The notes under the pieces: model-generated
The model's database searches: none
Told to the model about the DNA's origin: nothing
The model's input: only the letters and a program-made list of their open reading frames with translations
From: Nitrospirota bacterium
GTDB lineage: Bacteria > Nitrospirota > Thermodesulfovibrionia > Thermodesulfovibrionales > Dissulfurispiraceae
Length of the DNA: 64,000 bases
Assembly (NCBI GenBank): GCA_963790025.1
Contig: CAWBMP010000002.1
Location: 608,001-672,000 of the forward strand
Direction: 5' to 3'
Shown: piece by piece, positions 59,586-64,000 of the stretch
Position numbering within the stretch: the first letter of the stretch is position 1
Layout: each line of letters opens with the position of its first letter
Program-made: the position numbers and the translations under genes

Positions 59586-60296
59586 TTAGAATTTTATTCC
59601 CAGGTCAGGGAACATGGATGCCAGCTGACCAATCCTGTTGGTCAATAGCGTAATGCCGAATACTATCAATACCAGACCGCTGACAAGCGATATTACTTTC
59701 ATGTACTTGTAAATCTTTTTTGAATGGCTTAAAAACGCATTGATGGCAAGCGTCGAAAGAATAAAGGGAATGGCGAGCCCCAGCGAATAAACGGAAAGGA
59801 GTTTTAGCCCATATGAGGCGGACGCCTTCGAACTTGCATAGATCAAAATGGTCCCCAGAATAGGGCCTATGCAAGGGGTCCATCCTGCAGCAAAACTCAT
59901 TCCTATGATAAATGCTCCTGCATAACCCGCAGGGCCTTCATCGACATGGAACCGTTTTTCTCTCATTAGAAAGTCAAGTTTCAAAAAGCCGGTAATAAAG
60001 AGACCGAATATGATGGTGAGTATGCCGCCCCCGATCCTGAGATAATCCTGATATCTGAGGAAAAGGCTGCCAATAAATGATGAAGAGGCGCCGAGCGCAA
60101 TGAATATCGTCGAGAAACCCAGTATAAATGCCATTGTATTGCCCATAGTCCTCGACAGGCTGGGAGCTGATTTAAGTTCATCCAGCGAAAGACCGGTCAC
60201 AAACGAAACATATGCCGGGACAAGCGGCAACACACAGGGCGAAAGAAACGAAAGGAGACCTCCCAGAAAGGCCAGTGTAAAAGAGACATCTTTCAT
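59586..60296 (-). CDS. ccdA: Cytochrome c biogenesis protein CcdA
   Basis: SFLSPCVLPLVP, GWTPCIGPILG, YSLGLAIPF; start set at MKDVS. Confidence 0.92.
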   Translation of the reverse strand: MKDVSFTLAFLGGLLSFLSPCVLPLVPAYVSFVTGLSLDELKSAPSLSRTMGNTMAFILGFSTIFIALGASSSFIGSLFLRYQDYLRIGGGILTIIFGLFITGFLKLDFLMREKRFHVDEGPAGYAGAFIIGMSFAAGWTPCIGPILGTILIYASSKASASYGLKLLSVYSLGLAIPFILSTLAINAFLSHSKKIYKYMKVISLVSGLVLIVFGITLLTNRIGQLASMFPDLGIKF

Positions 60297-60772
60297 CGCG
60301 CGCATTCCTCCGCGTCTCCTTTGATTTTTTCTATTGCGTGGGGGATCACATCAAGGATCGTCTCGAGGTTCTCTTCGACTGCTTTTGGACTGCCGGGCAG
60401 GTTTATTATCAGTGTCCGTCCTTTCACTCCCGCAACAGCTCTCGATAGCATCGACCTGTTTGTCTTCACCATGCCCGCCATCCTCATCGCCTCGGCAATG
60501 CCGGGGACCTGCCGTTCGATCACATCGAGCGTTGCTTCGGGTGTAACATCCCTGGGAGAAAGGCCTGTGCCGCCGGTAGTGAAGATCAGGTCAACCTTCC
60601 CGGAATATTCCAGGAGCTTCTTTTTTATCAGCTCCCGTTCGTCGGGCAGCACATCATAATAACTCACCTTGCCTATATCTTTAATGATGTCTGCTATCAG
60701 GGGGCCGCTCCGGTCCGCCCGCTCCCCCCTGGAGCCTTTATCACTCAATGTAAGCACCGCAACGGTAATCAT
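60293..60772 (-). CDS. mog: Molybdopterin adenylyltransferase MogA/MoaB
   Basis: TLSD, DRSG, TTGGTG..PRDVTPEA, NLPGSP. Confidence 0.88.
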   Translation of the reverse strand: MITVAVLTLSDKGSRGERADRSGPLIADIIKDIGKVSYYDVLPDERELIKKKLLEYSGKVDLIFTTGGTGLSPRDVTPEATLDVIERQVPGIAEAMRMAGMVKTNRSMLSRAVAGVKGRTLIINLPGSPKAVEENLETILDVIPHAIEKIKGDAEECAR

Positions 60773-60795
60773 AACAACCGCTCACTCCTAAACAG

Positions 60796-60853
60796 ACGGT
60801 TTCGCAAAAAGTTCATAGGCAACGCGCTGCATATGGACTTTTTACGAGACCGT
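60796..60853. repeat. Imperfect 22-bp inverted repeat overlapping the MOSC stop codon
   Basis: ACGGTTTCGCAAAAAGTTCATA / TATGGACTTTTTACGAGACCGT. Confidence 0.65.
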
Positions 60854-61279
60854 TATTTTGTCTCCTTTTCTTATCTTGCCGCCCCTGATGATTTTTATAA
60901 ATATGCCTTCTTTTGGCATAACACAATCACCTGCCTGATAGTAAATTCCGCATCGAGTATGGCATTCTTTGCCGATTTGGCTCACCTCGCCGATGACCTC
61001 ACCGCCGATGGTTACCCTGGTCCCGACGGGTAGAGCGGGCAGATCAAGTCCCTGGGTAGTAATGTTCTCGGCAAAATCACCCGGTTGCACCTTGAGACCC
61101 ATTGCCTGCATTTTTTGTATGCTCTCAAGCGCGAGAAGACTCACCTGCCTGTGCCACTCCGACGATGCGTGTGCATCACCCTCGATACCGAAATTATCGC
61201 TGATACTGACTTCATCAACAGGTTTTTTTCTCACACCCTTTTTATCGCTTATATTTATGGAAATTACGCTGCCCTGCAT
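60842..61279 (-). CDS. MOSC domain protein
   Basis: GIEGDAH, HRQVSLL, PGDFAENIT, QIGKECH..C, CVMPKEGIF. Confidence 0.88.
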   Translation of the reverse strand: MQGSVISINISDKKGVRKKPVDEVSISDNFGIEGDAHASSEWHRQVSLLALESIQKMQAMGLKVQPGDFAENITTQGLDLPALPVGTRVTIGGEVIGEVSQIGKECHTRCGIYYQAGDCVMPKEGIFIKIIRGGKIRKGDKITVS

Positions 61280-61300
61280 ACATTCTAAAATAACATATTT

Positions 61301-62401
61301 TTAAACAATGATGCCGCCACCCAGCACAGTATCGCCGCCATAAAATACCGCACTCTGGCCCGGCGCCGGGGCCCACTGAGGCACGTCGCAGACAACTTCT
61401 GCCACAGCATCATCGACAACTGTGATAGTGGCGGGCTCATCTCTCATGGTAGATCTGACTTTTACAGTAGAGCGGAACGAGCAAGGAGGTTGGCGGTTAG
61501 AGGTTGGAGGCTGGACTCTAGCCTCAGACATCGTAAAGGGAGGCGCTAGCCAGTTAATGGCCTCAACTCTGAAGGCCCTTCTCATCGCTGCTTCTCTAGG
61601 CCCGATATAAATCGCATTCGTTGCGCTGTCTATTCCTGCTACATAAAGCGGCTTGCCGGCGGCAATACCCATTCTTTTTCTCTGGCCTATAGTATAGAGA
61701 TGTATGCCTTTGTGAGTTCCCAACGTTTTTCCTGTTTCAACATCGATGATAGGCCCTTCCGTTTTTTCAGCCAGGCCCTCCATGAATATGCAGTAGTTTC
61801 TGTCCCCGATGAAGCAAATTTCCTGGCTCTCCGGTCTTTCGGCAGCAGGAAAATTCAGAGTTCTCGCCGTTTCACGTACCTCCTCCTTTGTCCTCGTGCC
61901 GAGCGGCAACGTTAGCCTGGCCAATTCCTCCCGTCTCAAGACATAGAGCACATACGATTGGTCCTTTTTCGGATCAACAGCCTTTTTTAACTCGGGGAAG
62001 CGTGGAGTCTGGTCTACTCTCGCATAATGGCCTGTCGCAATATACGCTGCATCCTTTTGACCTGCAATCTTCATAAGATAGGGAAACTTTATGTGCCTGT
62101 TGCACAAAATGCATGGATTTGGAGTAATTCCCTTTTTATAGGACTCAATAAACGGCTCTATGACCCGCTCCAGGAATTCCTCTCTCAAATCAATTACCGT
62201 ATGTTTTACCCCGATATGTACTGCAGTGTTTCGTGCATTTTCGATGGATTCAATAGAGCAGCAGCCGGAAAAAGAGGCTTTCAGCCGCGCTTCATAAAGA
62301 ACAAAACTCACCCCTTCGACCTCATATCCCTGAGCTTTCAAAAGATGCGCTGTAACGGACGAGTCCACCCCGCCGCTCATACCGACTACCACTTTTTTCA
62401 T
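61301..62401 (-). CDS. mnmA: tRNA-specific 2-thiouridylase
   Basis: GMSGGVDSSV, TPNPCILCN, ATGHYA, KDQSY.L, ESQEICF, TIGQRK, PGQSAVFY. Confidence 0.96.
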   Translation of the reverse strand: MKKVVVGMSGGVDSSVTAHLLKAQGYEVEGVSFVLYEARLKASFSGCCSIESIENARNTAVHIGVKHTVIDLREEFLERVIEPFIESYKKGITPNPCILCNRHIKFPYLMKIAGQKDAAYIATGHYARVDQTPRFPELKKAVDPKKDQSYVLYVLRREELARLTLPLGTRTKEEVRETARTLNFPAAERPESQEICFIGDRNYCIFMEGLAEKTEGPIIDVETGKTLGTHKGIHLYTIGQRKRMGIAAGKPLYVAGIDSATNAIYIGPREAAMRRAFRVEAINWLAPPFTMSEARVQPPTSNRQPPCSFRSTVKVRSTMRDEPATITVVDDAVAEVVCDVPQWAPAPGQSAVFYGGDTVLGGGIIV

Positions 62402-62580
62402 CGGTTACATTACTCCGCTATGCCTGTATGCAGTGAATACATTGCCTGTCTTCTCATTATACCGCAGAAGTGGGCCGGGAGGTGACGGGATAGAGGCAGG
62501 AAATGACTAAACCGTTTTTACTTTTAAGGCTAAATATGTTACAGTTATTAACCACAATTTAAAAAGGAGAATCTCGAAGA

Positions 62581-63489
62581 ATGAGGAAAATATTAATACT
62601 GCTTATGGCACTTTTATGTGTTGGTGCCTGTTCAAAAGGCGGAGGCTTACAGGGCAATTACTTAGTAAAGATTGATGGTACGACCCTCACCAAGGAAGAT
62701 GTGCAGGCCGAAATGAATGCACTGCCTGAAATGGCAAAAGAATTCTTTCAGGGGCCTGAAGGTACCGCACGGTTTGTCGACGAACTGACTAAAAAAGAAA
62801 TGCTGTATCTCGAAGCCAAGAAAAAAGGCCTCGATAAGAATAAGGACTTTGAAAGAAAAGTGGAAGATTTCAGGAAGATTACCCTGATTAACGAACTGCT
62901 CGAAAAAGAAATAGAGGCATCGTCAAAGATCAGCGAGAAGGACGCCCAGGACTTTTACAATAGCCATAAAGATGATTTTATGATGCACAATCAAATCAAG
63001 CTGAGCCAGATAGTGGTTCAAAATGAAGCCGATGCAAAAAAAGCTTATGAACAACTCAAGAATGGCGCGGACTTCGCAAAAGTGGCTTCCACAATGTCGA
63101 CTGATAAAAAGTCTGCGAAGTCAGGAGGCGACATGGGTTCCTTTAAGAAAGGGGAGCTTACCCCTGAAATCGACCAGGTGGCCTTCAGATTGAAGAAGGG
63201 AGAAGTCAGCATGCCGGTAAGCTTAAAGGACGGCATTCATATTTTTAAAGTAACCGATGTAAAGGGACCGATTGTTGAATACGATAAGGTCAAGGGAATG
63301 ATCATGCAGCGTCTTACAGCCGAAAAGCAGAAAAGCAGCTTTGATAACTATATAGAGGGCCTCAAAAAGACTTACAAGGTTGAAATTAACAAGGACGAAC
63401 TTGCAAAGATGACTGCCGCACCGAAGGCGGCGCCAGCACCTCAAACGCCGCCTGTTACACAACCGGCACCCGCACCGGAGAAAAAATAA
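62581..63489 (+). CDS. PpiC/parvulin-type peptidyl-prolyl isomerase lipoprotein (PrsA/SurA-like)
   Basis: Lipobox VGAC, GADFAKVA..S.D..SA.SGGDMG, G.VS.PV...G.HI; Pro/Ala tail; upstream TTTACT-17-TACAGT and AAAGGAG. Confidence 0.88.
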   Translation: MRKILILLMALLCVGACSKGGGLQGNYLVKIDGTTLTKEDVQAEMNALPEMAKEFFQGPEGTARFVDELTKKEMLYLEAKKKGLDKNKDFERKVEDFRKITLINELLEKEIEASSKISEKDAQDFYNSHKDDFMMHNQIKLSQIVVQNEADAKKAYEQLKNGADFAKVASTMSTDKKSAKSGGDMGSFKKGELTPEIDQVAFRLKKGEVSMPVSLKDGIHIFKVTDVKGPIVEYDKVKGMIMQRLTAEKQKSSFDNYIEGLKKTYKVEINKDELAKMTAAPKAAPAPQTPPVTQPAPAPEKK

Positions 63490-63497
63490 TTATAAAG

Positions 63498-63553
63498 CTC
63501 ATAGTTCATAGCTCATAAACAGCATTCAACTGCCAAGAGCTATGAACTATGAG
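63498..63553. repeat. Heptamer (YTCATAG) palindrome downstream of ppiC
   Basis: CTCATAGTTCATAGCTC (63498-63514) / GAGCTATGAACTATGAG (63537-63553), perfect 17 bp. Confidence 0.75.
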
Positions 63554-63633
63554 ACAGATTTTGCACTTCAACTAATTCATCACCGTCCCCTCTCCCTCAC
63601 ATTCCCAAAGTTATTTGAATAAATGGGACGGTT

Positions 63634-64000
63634 CTATTTTTCCTCATTTCTCTCCTTCTTTGGCCGCCCTTTCCTCCGTATCATTTCTTCAAGCGTAAAT
63701 CTCTTCTGCAGCATCGCCACGAAAGCCTCGTTCCCATACACTGCTTTCCGCTCCATCTCGCCTTTCATAGCTTCTTTTTCGGTAAGCATTCCCTTCACAA
63801 ATTCCCTGTATTTTATCCTCCGCTCCGCCTCGCTCTCCGACAATTACTCATATATTACGTGCTCATCTACTAACAAGTCCTCTCTCCCATGGCCATATGC
63901 CCGGTAGCTGCTCCACCGATACTCCTTCGGATCATCTACCATTTGCGCCCTTACCGGATTAAGCTCCACATAGCTTCCACAGGCAAGCAGATAATTATCT
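63634..64000 (-). pseudogene. 3' part of a REP-associated tyrosine transposase (RAYT / Y1 HUH) with in-frame stop
   Basis: Manual translation DNYLLACGSYVELNPVRAQMVDDPKEYRWSSYR...HVIYE*LSESEAERR...RKGRPKK; TAA at 63844-63846. Confidence 0.75.

Noticed and set aside
63844..63846. Programmed stop-codon readthrough in the RAYT gene
   Set aside because: The codon is TAA, not a Sec/Pyl codon; a simple nonsense mutation is more parsimonious

Overview
Bacterial chromosomal window, tentatively an anaerobic Nitrospirota/Desulfobacterota-like organism (impression from protein content, not verified). Bases 1-37299 are one co-oriented, minus-strand, >=37 kb surface-glycan (O-antigen/LPS or S-layer glycan) tailoring operon that runs off the left edge. 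It holds four radical SAM/SPASM enzymes, each coupled to a nucleotidyltransferase, plus nonulosonate, heptose-like, transketolase/branched-sugar, sulfation, methylation and acylation modules, but almost no classical glycosyltransferases. Its leader has a sigma70 promoter and an exact ops consensus (GGCGGTAGCCTG) behind a hairpin. A decaying MazEF-type pair follows, then a precursor operon (RfaH-like NusG paralog, epimerase, PMM/PGM, manC, ugd) interrupted by two four-helix-bundle (IVS-protein/Avd-like) genes. Bases 45445-64000 are housekeeping: trpEGD, rmuC, GroES-like, dCMP deaminase, nrdJ, tgt, tRNA-Leu(CAA), nth, ferredoxin, rpsT, holA, LptE-like, ccdA, mog, MOSC, mnmA, PpiC, and a RAYT transposase pseudogene. 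The most unusual signal is a set of palindromic elements whose arms are short tandem arrays (6-, 7-, 8- and 9-mer units, often about five units per arm). The hexamer family (CAGGNN-NAGGTW...) brackets both four-helix-bundle genes as inverted ends, also occurs gene-less at gene 3' ends, and related arrays are inserted in-frame into housekeeping enzymes. All annotations come from reading motifs by eye; no database searches were run.
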